The translations under genes and the position numbers were made by a program. A stretch of DNA of 64,000 bases, taken from a virus. This document shows positions 1-11,202 of the stretch, piece after piece; within the stretch, counting starts at the first letter, position 1, and the number at the start of each line of letters is the position of its first letter. Where the stretch lies: the IMG/VR virus record IMGVR_UViG_3300050194_000011, positions 44,113 to 108,112 of that record. One strand, 5' to 3'. The notes under the pieces were generated by a model. That model searched no databases. It was given only the letters and a program-made list of their open reading frames with translations, and was not told the DNA's origin.

Positions 1-1540
1 TTGGTACTTTAAAGAAATCTGTTGTAGGTGCTCCTGATGCCGTGCCAGCATTAATTGCTGGACTTCCTGGTCTTAGTCTTAGATCTGCGTTTTTCATAGA
101 AAAATTTACAAACATTGGATCTACACAATCGCCTTGTATACCGCATCCAGCATTGTGAATGTTCCACAATATGTTGTGGTCCGTTATGACTACACCTGGA
201 TTATCGTATGTAAGAAGTCCAGCCATTGGTTGTCCTGGCTTCAAATAAGAAGGTCCAGATCCTGCCATGATGGTATTTTTCACAATAACAGTTGCATTTG
301 TTGATGAAGTATTAATAGCAGAATCGCCGTTGCCTATTACAGTATTGTTAATCATTTTAATGGTTGATGATTCTCCACCCTTTGTAACAGCTGTTATAGC
401 AACTCCGTCAGCGCGACAATTATGTTCAACGTGCATTGTATAAGGTTGAGCATCAAAGAAATTACAATTTGCAATCACAATACTATTTTCAATGGTGACA
501 TTTTTTCCTTGTACTTTAAGCTGATTACCAGCATTGCCTTCGGATCTGGCTCGACGAACTACAACATCGCCTACTTCTCCATCGTGATACAGCATATCTA
601 AACCGTCTGATGTATTATATCGGAATGTACAATCTTCCCATAAAAAATCACCATAAGTGTGATCAAATCCTACACCGTCTCCCCATCCAGGTTCAGCCCA
701 ACATCCGAATGGTTTATTGCCTGGGATAGATTCTCGACAGCCACTCCACTCTATAAGAACTCTACGGAATACAATAGATCCTGTATTGATACTTTCTTCT
801 AACGTATTACCATCCAAGTCTCCACTGATACCAACCCATCCATTAGCGGAAATTCTGATATCCTCTGCTAGGAAATCTTGATTACGTCCAAACGTAATCC
901 CACCGGCACCCATACCATGAATGTTTAAATTTCGAATGACCAGATTCACTGTATCAGAAATTCGAATTCCATCTTTAGCAAACGTATCTACTTGAGTATT
1001 TCCACATCGTCCAGTCTTAGCCTCATATCCTGGAATGCAATCACTTGGATCAGTTATTTCAAAGCAAGCAAAGACAACATCATGTGTATTTATTAAATTC
1101 ACGACATGATCCATACCTCCTGGACCTCCGCCGAGTAAAGTAGGAGGTCGCATACATCTCTTATCCCATCCTTCTCCAAGTATTCTTGTTGGATTTGATG
1201 GAGTGCCTGCAGGAGGCACTCCTAAGTTACAATCCCATATATTATTTCCACATGGTTCCGATCCAGGAGATCCTCTGCGGATAGGATATTTGCCTCTAGC
1301 AACTATGAGAGTATCGCCTCCAGCAATTCTTGGTGTTCCAAATGTAGGAGAAGGAAGAGCAATCATAGGATTTGACCAAGCACATGCGACGTTTGTTCCA
1401 GTTCCAGGATATACCGTATTCGCAAGTCCGTTACATTGTGATGCAGACCCACCACCAGGCTTGACGTAGAAAGTAGCAGCCATGGATGTTGAGCTTATGA
1501 AGAAAATTAAAGAAATAAACAATTTAGAAATTATATTCAT
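1..1540 (-). CDS. Secreted parallel beta-helix (pectin-lyase-like) protein with C-terminal choice-of-anchor-Q-like region; 3'-partial, absent from the ORF track
   Basis: Hand translation from ATG 1540 (RBS AAAAGG): MNIISKLFISLIFFISSTSMA|ATFYVKPGGGSASQCNGLANTVYPGTGTNVACAW...IAGGDTLIV...FRYNTSDGLDMLYH...RSEGNAGNQLKV...PGSPAINAG. Frame open to the window edge. Clear paralogue of 26300-28378. N-terminus looks like a Sec signal peptide. Confidence 0.85.
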   Translation of the reverse strand, partial: MNIISKLFISLIFFISSTSMAATFYVKPGGGSASQCNGLANTVYPGTGTNVACAWSNPMIALPSPTFGTPRIAGGDTLIVARGKYPIRRGSPGSEPCGNNIWDCNLGVPPAGTPSNPTRILGEGWDKRCMRPPTLLGGGPGGMDHVVNLINTHDVVFACFEITDPSDCIPGYEAKTGRCGNTQVDTFAKDGIRISDTVNLVIRNLNIHGMGAGGITFGRNQDFLAEDIRISANGWVGISGDLDGNTLEESINTGSIVFRRVLIEWSGCRESIPGNKPFGCWAEPGWGDGVGFDHTYGDFLWEDCTFRYNTSDGLDMLYHDGEVGDVVVRRARSEGNAGNQLKVQGKNVTIENSIVIANCNFFDAQPYTMHVEHNCRADGVAITAVTKGGESSTIKMINNTVIGNGDSAINTSSTNATVIVKNTIMAGSGPSYLKPGQPMAGLLTYDNPGVVITDHNILWNIHNAGCGIQGDCVDPMFVNFSMKNADLRLRPGSPAINAGTASGAPTTDFFKVP

Positions 1541-1551
1541 ATATACCTTTT

Positions 1552-4452
1552 TTAATTAGGTTTTGTTACAAAGGAGACGGATTGAACTTCGCCTCGTGTA
1601 TAATCATTGCCAGATGGCTTCGTTCCGACTACATTTGATTTTGCTGTTGCTGTAATCATATCAGCAGCAACTAGAGGACGATCTATGTTAGCAAAGTAAG
1701 TGAATCCAGTGGGGGCTGGAAATGGAAATGGATCTTTAGAATAATAATCATCCGAAAAAGCTGTATATATCACTCCCTGATCGGATGTATTAAATGCAGG
1801 CGTTACGATATCACCATATGCATACCCAGATCCGATTGATGCATACGTATCAAACTCGAAATGATGACCAGCACCAGGACTATATGTACTTATTCTCATG
1901 TTAATCTCAGCGTTCGTGGTGATTGTTGATGAATTTATATCAAATTCAAAGAATCCAGCAGCGGCTCTAAGACAATACCAAATTTTCACGATGTTATTTC
2001 TATCAGGGCATTTAATAGCAGGTAAGCCGACAATTGTATTTATTCCTGTCGGGTCTGACATCGTAGGCTCTGCAGTCATTGTTACGAACGAATATGCAGC
2101 AGATATTATAACCAGATCATCAGCCCATACTTGCATCATATCAGGAGGCATATAAACGTGTGCATTTGTTGAAGCAACCAAGTTTGTTCTGATTCTTGGT
2201 ACAGTCAGAGCTTGTGCAGGAGCTACTATTGATATCGACTGAGATGTTCTATTTGCTTGTCCTTGTGAATTTTGGATTGTTACATAACAGCTAAGTACCC
2301 CAGCTGTGCTTGGAGTAAAAGATGCAGAGTCGGTCCCTACATCAACTCCATCTATTTTCCATTGATAGTGGATAGACGGGAATGGTTCTCCATCAACAGC
2401 ACCAGAATTACACACGAACATCTGTCCTGTTTGGAAGATACCAGATGGACATGAAATTGATGGATCGCTCATAAAAATAGGAACTGATGGATCTCCCTTG
2501 ACTAGCTTATCTGGAATACTGACGATATAAACATCTGGATCTGCCTGTCCACCGAAATTAGATGTAAAAATTGCCTTTCTTCCATCACGACTCGGTACTG
2601 CATCTGGTCTACCAACCGATCCGCCATAATCTGGAGATGTTTGCATATAAGCAATGCTATAGCTTATTCCGCTTGGAACTAATTTAGTAACAAAAACTTT
2701 ACGCCAAGGCGCTCTGATAGTATTCAATTTTCCTTGATACGTCGTATCTTCGTACTGCTCTCCATATCCAGATAAGAATACCCATCCAGGACGATCGAAT
2801 GATTTTCCACTGATCGTGACTTTCATAATCTCTTTAGAGAGCCCAATGCCCCAAGTCAGACTCATAATTACAAACGGAGATCCAGCAGCACAATTTACGC
2901 CCATGAGAGCATTGTTAACTTCGTCTAGATAACAAAAAATATCCTCATTCGAAGTACCAACGCATAGATCTCCATAAGGAGCATTTGTTACAATTTGTCT
3001 GAATGATGTAAAGTTCGATACCGTATATGCAACAGTGCCGTTACTTCCAGACCAGCATATAACGGAATACGTTCCAGATGGTGATGTTGATACCCACTCT
3101 GGACTTCCTCCGTTATGTGTAGATGCAGATACCGAAGAAATGATAGATTGTGTTGTAAAATTCCATGAAATCAGTCCAAGATGTATCATATTTGCATTTT
3201 CGATAGAAAATGTCCATGTGTTCCCATCTGCAGATGGACATCCTCCTCGGAGCCAAACTCTCGCAGCTTCTGGGAATATAGTCGTCACACTTACAGTAAA
3301 ATCATGAAGAATGACAACATCCATTGTTGATACATCTACCGTATACCATATCAAACCTCCGTATGCATTTGTGTAATGGATAAGGTTTGGTGATGTTGTA
3401 TCCCATATTGGTTCTGCTTCGGCATCAATAAAATCTAATACATTTAGTGGATTTGCTGTTGCATCATACAAAATCCATAACCCATTGGATGCCTTGACGA
3501 GGTACATACTAGCATCAGAATTAAATACAGGCTGTCTACTTGATGCTTGTCTTATAAACGTAGCACCTGCTGTATCATTCGTATAGTCCGATCCTCTCAA
3601 TATAGACATTCCGTATAGAGGATCAACGAATGTAGAGCCGACAGCAGGATGTTCGAGTGTCATAAATGGATCGGCTGCTAATGGGATAAGATTTGTCCCG
3701 TCGTATAAAGGACCAACTCCTGTCACAGGAGCTGTACGAAAAACAGAACTGCCAGAAACATTCTCTACTGTCAAAGCAACTGTTATGACAGATCCTGTAT
3801 CTGCATCAGACATGAGATATGTCATGCTAGTGTTGCTTGTTGGAACTCCATCCTTCTCCCATACAACTCCAGTAGTAAGACCTAAGTGACCATATATACC
3901 ATCGATTAATTCTATCAACTGTCCTTTGAAAGGAGTTCCTTTGATATAAGGAGCTGTAAGAACAGTTGGAAGAGGTAAATCTGCGACCATCACAGATATT
4001 GTATTTGATGTTGATATAACTCCATTGTTCGCGATTTCTTTGTAAGAAACATAAGATCCTACATCGGCCGCGACAAGTGTATAAGATTTTGTTGTTGCTC
4101 CTGGGATGTCTACCCCATTTCTTTGCCATATACCACTTAACGAAGGAGTAGGCAATCCAACCCATTGCGCGCTGGTTGCATTCAATGTATATCCTTTTTG
4201 GGCATTGCCAGATATACCAGGAATAGCAAGCGGAATTGGCGGTACACCATCGGCTATAACGGTTAAATTTCCAGGACCTAGAACATTCTGTCCATTTACT
4301 GTCTTTATGTTTTCTCCAGAAACAAGTAGAGGCTGAAAGCTACCAATCCCAGATGATCCAGGTGAAATTAATTCCAGTTGCGCAGCAATTTGATTACACT
4401 TTAATCTCCATTGCTCGAAATCGTCTTTTGGTGATATAACTATTGCTGTCAT
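1552..4452 (-). CDS. Virion fibre/whisker-like protein: N-terminal DDFEQWRLKCN anchor motif, Ig-like repeats, TolB-like beta-propeller
   Basis: 966 aa. N-terminal (T/D)FEQWRxKxN-type motif recalled from T4-like cyanophage fibres. Ig-like WQRNGVDIPGAT..YTL..ADVG repeats. Propeller end PDAVPSRDGRKAIFTSNFG. Confidence 0.65.
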   Translation of the reverse strand: MTAIVISPKDDFEQWRLKCNQIAAQLELISPGSSGIGSFQPLLVSGENIKTVNGQNVLGPGNLTVIADGVPPIPLAIPGISGNAQKGYTLNATSAQWVGLPTPSLSGIWQRNGVDIPGATTKSYTLVAADVGSYVSYKEIANNGVISTSNTISVMVADLPLPTVLTAPYIKGTPFKGQLIELIDGIYGHLGLTTGVVWEKDGVPTSNTSMTYLMSDADTGSVITVALTVENVSGSSVFRTAPVTGVGPLYDGTNLIPLAADPFMTLEHPAVGSTFVDPLYGMSILRGSDYTNDTAGATFIRQASSRQPVFNSDASMYLVKASNGLWILYDATANPLNVLDFIDAEAEPIWDTTSPNLIHYTNAYGGLIWYTVDVSTMDVVILHDFTVSVTTIFPEAARVWLRGGCPSADGNTWTFSIENANMIHLGLISWNFTTQSIISSVSASTHNGGSPEWVSTSPSGTYSVICWSGSNGTVAYTVSNFTSFRQIVTNAPYGDLCVGTSNEDIFCYLDEVNNALMGVNCAAGSPFVIMSLTWGIGLSKEIMKVTISGKSFDRPGWVFLSGYGEQYEDTTYQGKLNTIRAPWRKVFVTKLVPSGISYSIAYMQTSPDYGGSVGRPDAVPSRDGRKAIFTSNFGGQADPDVYIVSIPDKLVKGDPSVPIFMSDPSISCPSGIFQTGQMFVCNSGAVDGEPFPSIHYQWKIDGVDVGTDSASFTPSTAGVLSCYVTIQNSQGQANRTSQSISIVAPAQALTVPRIRTNLVASTNAHVYMPPDMMQVWADDLVIISAAYSFVTMTAEPTMSDPTGINTIVGLPAIKCPDRNNIVKIWYCLRAAAGFFEFDINSSTITTNAEINMRISTYSPGAGHHFEFDTYASIGSGYAYGDIVTPAFNTSDQGVIYTAFSDDYYSKDPFPFPAPTGFTYFANIDRPLVAADMITATAKSNVVGTKPSGNDYTRGEVQSVSFVTKPN

Positions 4453-4453
4453 T

Positions 4454-4657
4454 TTATTTTCCTAGTCTATCTAGAATAACCGAAAACATTGTTTTGATAT
4501 CCTTCATGTCTGATTCGAGAGAATCTAATCGATCTTTGACGAGATCTCTCGCTTTCTTTTTATTGATGTGGCTGATGTATGCATCAGTATTTACATTGAC
4601 AATTGCCTTGGATTTTTCATCTCTAGCAATGGAAGAATCATCAAAAACAGGAATCAT
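4454..4657 (-). CDS. Small conserved T4-like phage protein (coiled coil), usual neighbour of DUF4815 protein
   Basis: 67 aa; RDEKSKAIVNVNTDAY and RLDSLESDMKDIK resemble small conserved cyanophage-type ORFs; ATGA overlap with upstream gene. Confidence 0.6.
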   Translation of the reverse strand: MIPVFDDSSIARDEKSKAIVNVNTDAYISHINKKKARDLVKDRLDSLESDMKDIKTMFSVILDRLGK

Positions 4658-7600
4658 GATGTCGCAATCATTCTAATTTGTTGTATAGACGGAACATTGC
4701 TTGTATCAGAAGAAGTCATTACAATCTTAATTTGTGCAGATGTGAACTGCACATTGGACAATATATCATACTCAACCCCGTAGTAAACGTCACCAGAGCT
4801 GCTATATTTTGGTGACGTTACAGGAGAAGCCAAAATCCAAGTCTGTCCAGACAAATAGTTTGTATTTGATGCGAGTCTATAGTAAAGAGCAAATCCTGAA
4901 GGAGCAGCAAAATTTACATCAAAAAACACTTTCAGCGATGAAGCAGGATTTGTCAGTGTCAGTGGATTCATGATATATTTTGCTTCGGATGTTCCGTTTT
5001 CTGAGATTTCATCAAAATATCTGCTATATGCAATAAAAGATACAGTTGATGTTTCGTTTACCAGTACGCTATCAGTTGTCGTGATCGTTGTTCCTGTGGA
5101 ATCTATTGAAGTTACTGTAGATATACCGTTGTTAGTGGAATTCGTTGCACCGCTTATAGAAATGATCTGACCGATCTTCAGTTGACTGAATGATCCAGTG
5201 ACGGACGCTGTGATTGTTCCAGCAGAATTGAACGTAACAGCTATTGAAGATGTTACATCATCTAATCCAGTTATATTTTTTGTCGTTTGATTGGTGTCAA
5301 TTCTATTCCCAATGCATACAATAGAATATCTATCAAGATCTAGGACAGGCGATAGATAATTCGTGCTGCTCTCCAATTGAGCTGTGACTTCGATAGATTT
5401 CTTGTTTGCGTTAAACGTTGATTCATTAGAAGTTGATGCTATCTGGTAGCTTGCTGTCAAATATGTGTTTTCCTGAGGAATCAATTCTACCGCATTATTT
5501 GTCATTGAATACGTTGCATCCGTACATCTAGCAAAATGCTTGATTGATGTGTTGTCATATTTCAATTGAGTAGCTAGAAGATTTAACAATTCAAATTTAA
5601 CATGTTTTGTTACATACACAACATTAGTAAGTTTGCTATAGCCTGTGATATTAGCATTTGATCCAACAGAAATAACAACATAATCTTGCTCTGCATATGT
5701 TACTGCATGTGATCCATTAATTGAAGCAAATGGGATGCCATTTACATTTGATGTTAATCCAGATACAATGATGTTAGATCCAACAGGAATGCCATGATTT
5801 GGAACAAACAGTCGAATCAAGTTAGATCCAGATTTTGTATAAATGGCATCAGGATTGATTGCATATGTATCCAGATTCTGATTAGCAAATTTGATGTTAG
5901 CAGAAGCTGTATTGAAAACACATCTGTTCAATGTGAACTTGATATCCTCGAATTGATCTGGAGACCATGTTGAAGCATTTTGAGATTTGAATAATGTTCC
6001 GAGATATGGTTGTTTAGAAATACGTTGTCCAGTTGTTACGTCGTTCTCACCAACATAGCAAACCCATACCGCATAATATGGAGAATCTGAAGAAAGAACA
6101 AAGCAGTATTCTGTATCACCATCCAAGAAAACTGGATATGCTGTTTTGATTCTAGTTACATTTGTAGCATTTGTTGAAACATTGATTTGATTTGGTCTGT
6201 ACGTTACTCTAGATCCAGGAAGAACTGTCTGAGTAGGAATGCCATTCGACATTTCTCTGATTTCGAATGTTACAGGAAGAATTCTATCCTTGCTGTAGAA
6301 ATAAAGATCAAAAGAATCAACAAATATCCCATCTGGATTTGCAATCTTGAAAGACTGAGCTAAAGGATCGGCATACACTGGTTGAACTTCAACAAATACA
6401 GATTCTGAAACTGCTTCTTTAGCCAGAACGCCATTTCGTGTAGATACAATTGTTCGAACTCTATTCTGCATGTATCCTGTTGCAGTGTATGTTGTAAGAG
6501 CTTTCGTTGTATAATTTGTTCCATTGGAAGACGAATCTGTCAGAATAAAATTCTTCGTACCTGTTCTGAATTGAATCTTCGAATTTGATGGGATGTCAAA
6601 AGTTCCAGAAATCTCTCCGTATGCATTCGTAATAAGCCCAGGCTGAGAGATGGAAGATACGATACCATTCGCACCAGATATAGAACCATAAACAATTTGA
6701 CCAACAGAAAACGATCCTCTTTGGTTGATAACATGAATCATGCTATCTTCATCAATAGTCACAATCGCAGTTGCCGTTGCGAGAGCAATATTTCCAGATG
6801 CTCCGTTGTGGAGGATATCTCCCTTTTTCAATCCAGTGGAAACAGCATCATTAGCGGATGCAATAGATCTAGCAACACTGTTAGAGTCGGATCCTGCATC
6901 TGTGAACATATCAAATGTTCCATTCTTGGAGCTGAGTGTAATGATAGAACTTGGATTGATATACGAATCGATAGATGTCGAATCGAAGAAACCAAACAAT
7001 TTTGTATTTGGTTTGAATCCTGTTCCAAAGAAACTGATCGTACGAGGTCTGATAAATGGAATTATATCGATAGATACAATTCTATCATCGATAACCTTCG
7101 TATCATAGACAGCTTTGATATACGTTGTCGTTCCGGTTCTTGTTTGAGTGTATGACTCATCTCCGCCAATTTGAACTATACGTCCTCTGACAGTTGTAAA
7201 CCTAGCACCTGCCCATGCAATTTGCCAAGCATTCCAAACAGTTCCTAGTTCAGAACGATACGCATTAGCCAAAGCAGAGAAATTGCCTTCTTGATTGATA
7301 ACGATATCTGGACGATACTGAGTTTCATACCATTCATCAGAACTTGGTGTTAGCGAAATATCACCAATAAAATTGATTTTAATGTATGGCGTTACGCTTT
7401 CGTATCTTGTTGCATATGGTTGCTCGATATAAGAAACAGTAGTGTAATCTAGGGTAGCGATTCCGTTGTTCACTACATATCCCATAGATTTTCTATCAGA
7501 ATATGCAACGCTCTCAAACAATTTTACGTTATCATTAGAAAAGGATGGGCGCAGAATACCATTAGCTACATCAATAGAGCATTTGAATTCTTTAGAATCC

Positions 7601-10600
7601 GTCTGAGCAATTGATTGATCAATGAGCGAGTCTACAATGAATCCATTCTTGAAAGATACGTCTCCGTTAGCTTCGAATAGCTGAAGATTCTTTGTCTGAG
7701 ATTCTAAAAGAGAAAGAGATGTATAGTATTCAACATTAGATAACCGACTTTCAAGATTTCCGATATCTTTCATTGTGTATCGTTTGTTATTTTCTCTCTT
7801 GATAGAAATAACAGGAGTTCCAACAATTGAAGGATATACCGAGATAGTAGACATCAACATCGAATTTTCAGGAATCGAAGGAGCTACAGGAGAATCGGCT
7901 GGAACCCCTTTGGTGATAACAAAATTCCCATTTGCATTCAAAGATAGGATATCAACTCTTGGTTGGAAGTATGTGTAATCTGAGATGATGTCGAATCCCA
8001 TTGCAGGAATCGAATTGATCACAAAAGATGATCCATTTCTAGATGGTCTGAAGTCTACGCAATCAAAAAGATCCAATACTTCGCCGTTAGCTTTTGTATA
8101 TGTTTCAGATATAGTCTTTTGATATGAATCTATCGTGAAGTAGTCTCCAGATGAAGAATGTTCGTGATAGTCATATGTGATTCTGATTGGAGATCTTGGG
8201 TTGATTGATGTGTTGTTGACTATCTTGATAAAATCGTAGTAAGAATCTTTGATTCCTGTATCGAATTTATATCTTGAGGTGATATCGACAGCAACCGCAT
8301 TTCCGGGAATAGAAGATCCAAAAGCAATTGGAGTCCCGCCTGAATCTACGAATTCAGAAACCTTCAGAAGTCTGATGCCATCCACTTTAGAAAGAGTAAT
8401 CGAAGGAGAAATCGCATTTGCTTGTACCGTGATATCTTCTGAGAACGCTCGAGTTATGCTCTTCAGTCTTTCTTTTGCTGTCTTCTTAACAGTAGCAATT
8501 ACGTTGACGATTCCACCATTAAAAGATGTTCCAACGTTAAGCGTTGCAATGTTCGCAGTTCCATTCAATGTAATCGTAGCAGGAATAACTGCTCCTGTAA
8601 CAGGAGATACAACGTGGAACGCATCTGGTTGTTGGGGAGACGCGAATGTCTCCCCAAGAGAAGATGCGATTGTTGCTATTCCACCCGTAACTGTTCCAGA
8701 TACATATGATTGACGTACATAGTATGCAATGTTTGATGATGTTTCATCATCAACATCTTTCATTTTTCTGGTGTAACGAGTTGGAAGTTTGAAGATTAAA
8801 GAATCATTCGAACTTTCATAATGCGTGCTCGATACAGAATATAGAGAAGAATTCGTAAGGGCATGTTGAGCATTTGCTGTCAATGTGAGCAATGTATCCG
8901 ATGAGATAGATTGAACAATCATCATTGAATACAATGTACCAGATACATAATATCCAATTGCATCACCAACATTCAATTCTTTTGTGAATTTCGTTCCAGT
9001 CCCTGTTACTGTAGTCGATGAAGTTAGGGTCGTGATTGATCCTGATAGAATTGCGATATCACGATGTGTGTCGCATGTGAAATTGACACCTGACACATTC
9101 GTAAATGCTATCTGTCTGACATTTGATGTGAATTTCTTACCAGTATTCATCTTTATATCAAACAACGAAAGAACATATTCGCAAGAAGATGATCCAATCG
9201 TTCCTGTTTGATACTCCATGTATCTTGCTCTGGCAGTTCCTATGATAGATCCATTGGAAGTTCCTGGAGTAGTTGTATATCTATCTCTAAGTTCTACGAT
9301 AGGAAATTGCGTTACATCCAAAAATCCATAGACATTCTCTATGTTGATGTAAGAACCGATATCGGTTTGAATTGTAGCATTTCTTACTGGAAGATATGTA
9401 GAAGCTTTATCGATCGTAACAGTTGATTGTCCAGCTTTTGAAACCTCATATCCAAAGACATATGCTTTGCCTGGATCTATGAGAAGTCCCATTTTAGATG
9501 GATCTCCGCCATTTTCTTGAGAGAGAATACCTTGATTGTATACTGGGGAATTTTCTTGACGGAAAGAAATACTTCCATTTGTCGAAGATCCGATGATATG
9601 AGTAGGAGCAATCAATCCAGATGTGCCATTGTTCTCGGCTACATATGATATCGATCCAACGTTCACAATGTCACCATTCAGATACGATGTGTTAGCTGAC
9701 CAGTCTCCTCTATTGTTGTTTCTGTGCTCTTTGACTTGAGAATTGAATGTATCAATCGCATAATTACCAGACTCGTCGTATGTTCTACGAGCCATTGCAT
9801 CGGCAATCAATGAATAGTTTGTAGTCGTTACGATAGAATTCAGATTACCATTCGTGACTCTTAAAAGTTCGATGAATGTCTTATCCGAAACATCTGATAG
9901 CGAATATTTCTTAAGATTCAGGTCGATGTAGTATCTATGAGCACCAGGAGCAGAAAAATTCGTAGATCCTTGTGCGTTGTCATACAGAGAATCGTCTTCT
10001 TCTGGAGTGATGAAATCTTCTTGGATTTCCAGACCAACTCTATATGAAGGAGAATTTGTATAGTCATCAAGCAAGATTGTTTGTGCATTTACCAGAACAA
10101 ATCTAGAATTTACAAAATATACACCTTTCTGGATGTTTGCAGATGATCCATATCCAATTGCATCGGATGCATTTTTTACTGTTGCATAAAGAGGAACTGA
10201 ATCAGAAGTATAAATCACTTCTCCTGGCTGGAAAGTCTTTACTGTTCCTTTGTTAACGGAATCGCCAGAAGAAATATACTTGACCCAGATAGTTGGATTT
10301 GTTGTATCGGAAGATTTTCTAAAGATTTGTACTTTAGCTCTGATACCAGATGTTGCTCCGATTACTTCTACAGATTCGTCAGAAAAAGAAGAAAGATACG
10401 AATCGATCGACGTTCCGTTGTACGTCGAGTCAAGTTTAACGAAATCCAAAGATGTATCAATCGATAGTTGACCAGGAATGACCATCGATCCTTCTTTGAA
10501 AATATTTCTTCCATGTCTTGCAATCTGCTCTTGCAAGATTGTTTGCATTTGATTCAATTCACGTGCTTGAATTGCATATGAAGGACGGAACAGAATTTGG

Positions 10601-10659
10601 TAGAATTGTTTGTCTTCGTTGTAATCGTCGAAATATGGACGAATGTTTAGATTCTTCAT
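4654..10659 (-). CDS. Large virion structural protein, DUF4815/VrlC-like
   Basis: 2001 aa; N-terminus NLNIRPYFDDY...FYQILFRPSYAIQARELNQMQTILQEQI and later FKNGFIVD are characteristic of this family. Confidence 0.85.
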   Translation of the reverse strand: MKNLNIRPYFDDYNEDKQFYQILFRPSYAIQARELNQMQTILQEQIARHGRNIFKEGSMVIPGQLSIDTSLDFVKLDSTYNGTSIDSYLSSFSDESVEVIGATSGIRAKVQIFRKSSDTTNPTIWVKYISSGDSVNKGTVKTFQPGEVIYTSDSVPLYATVKNASDAIGYGSSANIQKGVYFVNSRFVLVNAQTILLDDYTNSPSYRVGLEIQEDFITPEEDDSLYDNAQGSTNFSAPGAHRYYIDLNLKKYSLSDVSDKTFIELLRVTNGNLNSIVTTTNYSLIADAMARRTYDESGNYAIDTFNSQVKEHRNNNRGDWSANTSYLNGDIVNVGSISYVAENNGTSGLIAPTHIIGSSTNGSISFRQENSPVYNQGILSQENGGDPSKMGLLIDPGKAYVFGYEVSKAGQSTVTIDKASTYLPVRNATIQTDIGSYINIENVYGFLDVTQFPIVELRDRYTTTPGTSNGSIIGTARARYMEYQTGTIGSSSCEYVLSLFDIKMNTGKKFTSNVRQIAFTNVSGVNFTCDTHRDIAILSGSITTLTSSTTVTGTGTKFTKELNVGDAIGYYVSGTLYSMMIVQSISSDTLLTLTANAQHALTNSSLYSVSSTHYESSNDSLIFKLPTRYTRKMKDVDDETSSNIAYYVRQSYVSGTVTGGIATIASSLGETFASPQQPDAFHVVSPVTGAVIPATITLNGTANIATLNVGTSFNGGIVNVIATVKKTAKERLKSITRAFSEDITVQANAISPSITLSKVDGIRLLKVSEFVDSGGTPIAFGSSIPGNAVAVDITSRYKFDTGIKDSYYDFIKIVNNTSINPRSPIRITYDYHEHSSSGDYFTIDSYQKTISETYTKANGEVLDLFDCVDFRPSRNGSSFVINSIPAMGFDIISDYTYFQPRVDILSLNANGNFVITKGVPADSPVAPSIPENSMLMSTISVYPSIVGTPVISIKRENNKRYTMKDIGNLESRLSNVEYYTSLSLLESQTKNLQLFEANGDVSFKNGFIVDSLIDQSIAQTDSKEFKCSIDVANGILRPSFSNDNVKLFESVAYSDRKSMGYVVNNGIATLDYTTVSYIEQPYATRYESVTPYIKINFIGDISLTPSSDEWYETQYRPDIVINQEGNFSALANAYRSELGTVWNAWQIAWAGARFTTVRGRIVQIGGDESYTQTRTGTTTYIKAVYDTKVIDDRIVSIDIIPFIRPRTISFFGTGFKPNTKLFGFFDSTSIDSYINPSSIITLSSKNGTFDMFTDAGSDSNSVARSIASANDAVSTGLKKGDILHNGASGNIALATATAIVTIDEDSMIHVINQRGSFSVGQIVYGSISGANGIVSSISQPGLITNAYGEISGTFDIPSNSKIQFRTGTKNFILTDSSSNGTNYTTKALTTYTATGYMQNRVRTIVSTRNGVLAKEAVSESVFVEVQPVYADPLAQSFKIANPDGIFVDSFDLYFYSKDRILPVTFEIREMSNGIPTQTVLPGSRVTYRPNQINVSTNATNVTRIKTAYPVFLDGDTEYCFVLSSDSPYYAVWVCYVGENDVTTGQRISKQPYLGTLFKSQNASTWSPDQFEDIKFTLNRCVFNTASANIKFANQNLDTYAINPDAIYTKSGSNLIRLFVPNHGIPVGSNIIVSGLTSNVNGIPFASINGSHAVTYAEQDYVVISVGSNANITGYSKLTNVVYVTKHVKFELLNLLATQLKYDNTSIKHFARCTDATYSMTNNAVELIPQENTYLTASYQIASTSNESTFNANKKSIEVTAQLESSTNYLSPVLDLDRYSIVCIGNRIDTNQTTKNITGLDDVTSSIAVTFNSAGTITASVTGSFSQLKIGQIISISGATNSTNNGISTVTSIDSTGTTITTTDSVLVNETSTVSFIAYSRYFDEISENGTSEAKYIMNPLTLTNPASSLKVFFDVNFAAPSGFALYYRLASNTNYLSGQTWILASPVTSPKYSSSGDVYYGVEYDILSNVQFTSAQIKIVMTSSDTSNVPSIQQIRMIATS

Positions 10660-10688
10660 GTGATCTTTTCTGTTAGTTCAATGTGATG

Positions 10689-10696
10689 TATTTAAT
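10689..10696 (-). promoter_or_regulatory. Putative T4-type late promoter (ATTAAATA)
   Basis: TAAATA core about 30 nt upstream of the DUF4815 gene start. Confidence 0.45.
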
Positions 10697-10698
10697 TG

Positions 10699-11202
10699 TC
10701 AATTCTTTTCGATGATGAAGTAATCATAATCAAATGTTACAGATGCTCTCATGTATTCGACATCTGACACAGTAGAAGACACACCAGAACTAGAAAGAGA
10801 GACAGGAATAGCATTAAAAAATGTAAACGTTGAAACTGGATTATTCTTTGAATCCAGAATCATGACCTTGATATCTTGTTCGCCTAGAGGTTGAAAATTT
10901 GACTTCAAAGCATAATTCTTGAATGCATCGAACGATTCCATATACGAGATAGAAGATAACCAGGAATAGATTTCCGTGTAGTTCTTCATATCTTCATCTA
11001 TGATGAATTCGAAGCTCACAGGCGTAAACTGGATCTTGTCACCAGCAAATTTCATGGTAGAGAAGGGTGTATCGGCTGCAGCAGGCGGTAGAGCAATGCT
11101 GGGAAGGGCAAAGGACGTAGCAAGAAATCTAGTTGCCTCAAACGACGGAATCACTAACATGAAATTGTTAGTCTGCAGAAAATTGGAAAATTGTTTGCTC
11201 AT
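10699..11202 (-). CDS. gp3: Tail completion / tail-tube terminator protein
   Basis: 167 aa; NFLQTNNFMLVIP...LPSIALP...GDKIQFTPVSFEFIIDEDMKNYTEIYSWL...F.NA.P..LS matches T4 gp3-like proteins. Confidence 0.8.
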   Translation of the reverse strand: MSKQFSNFLQTNNFMLVIPSFEATRFLATSFALPSIALPPAAADTPFSTMKFAGDKIQFTPVSFEFIIDEDMKNYTEIYSWLSSISYMESFDAFKNYALKSNFQPLGEQDIKVMILDSKNNPVSTFTFFNAIPVSLSSSGVSSTVSDVEYMRASVTFDYDYFIIEKN

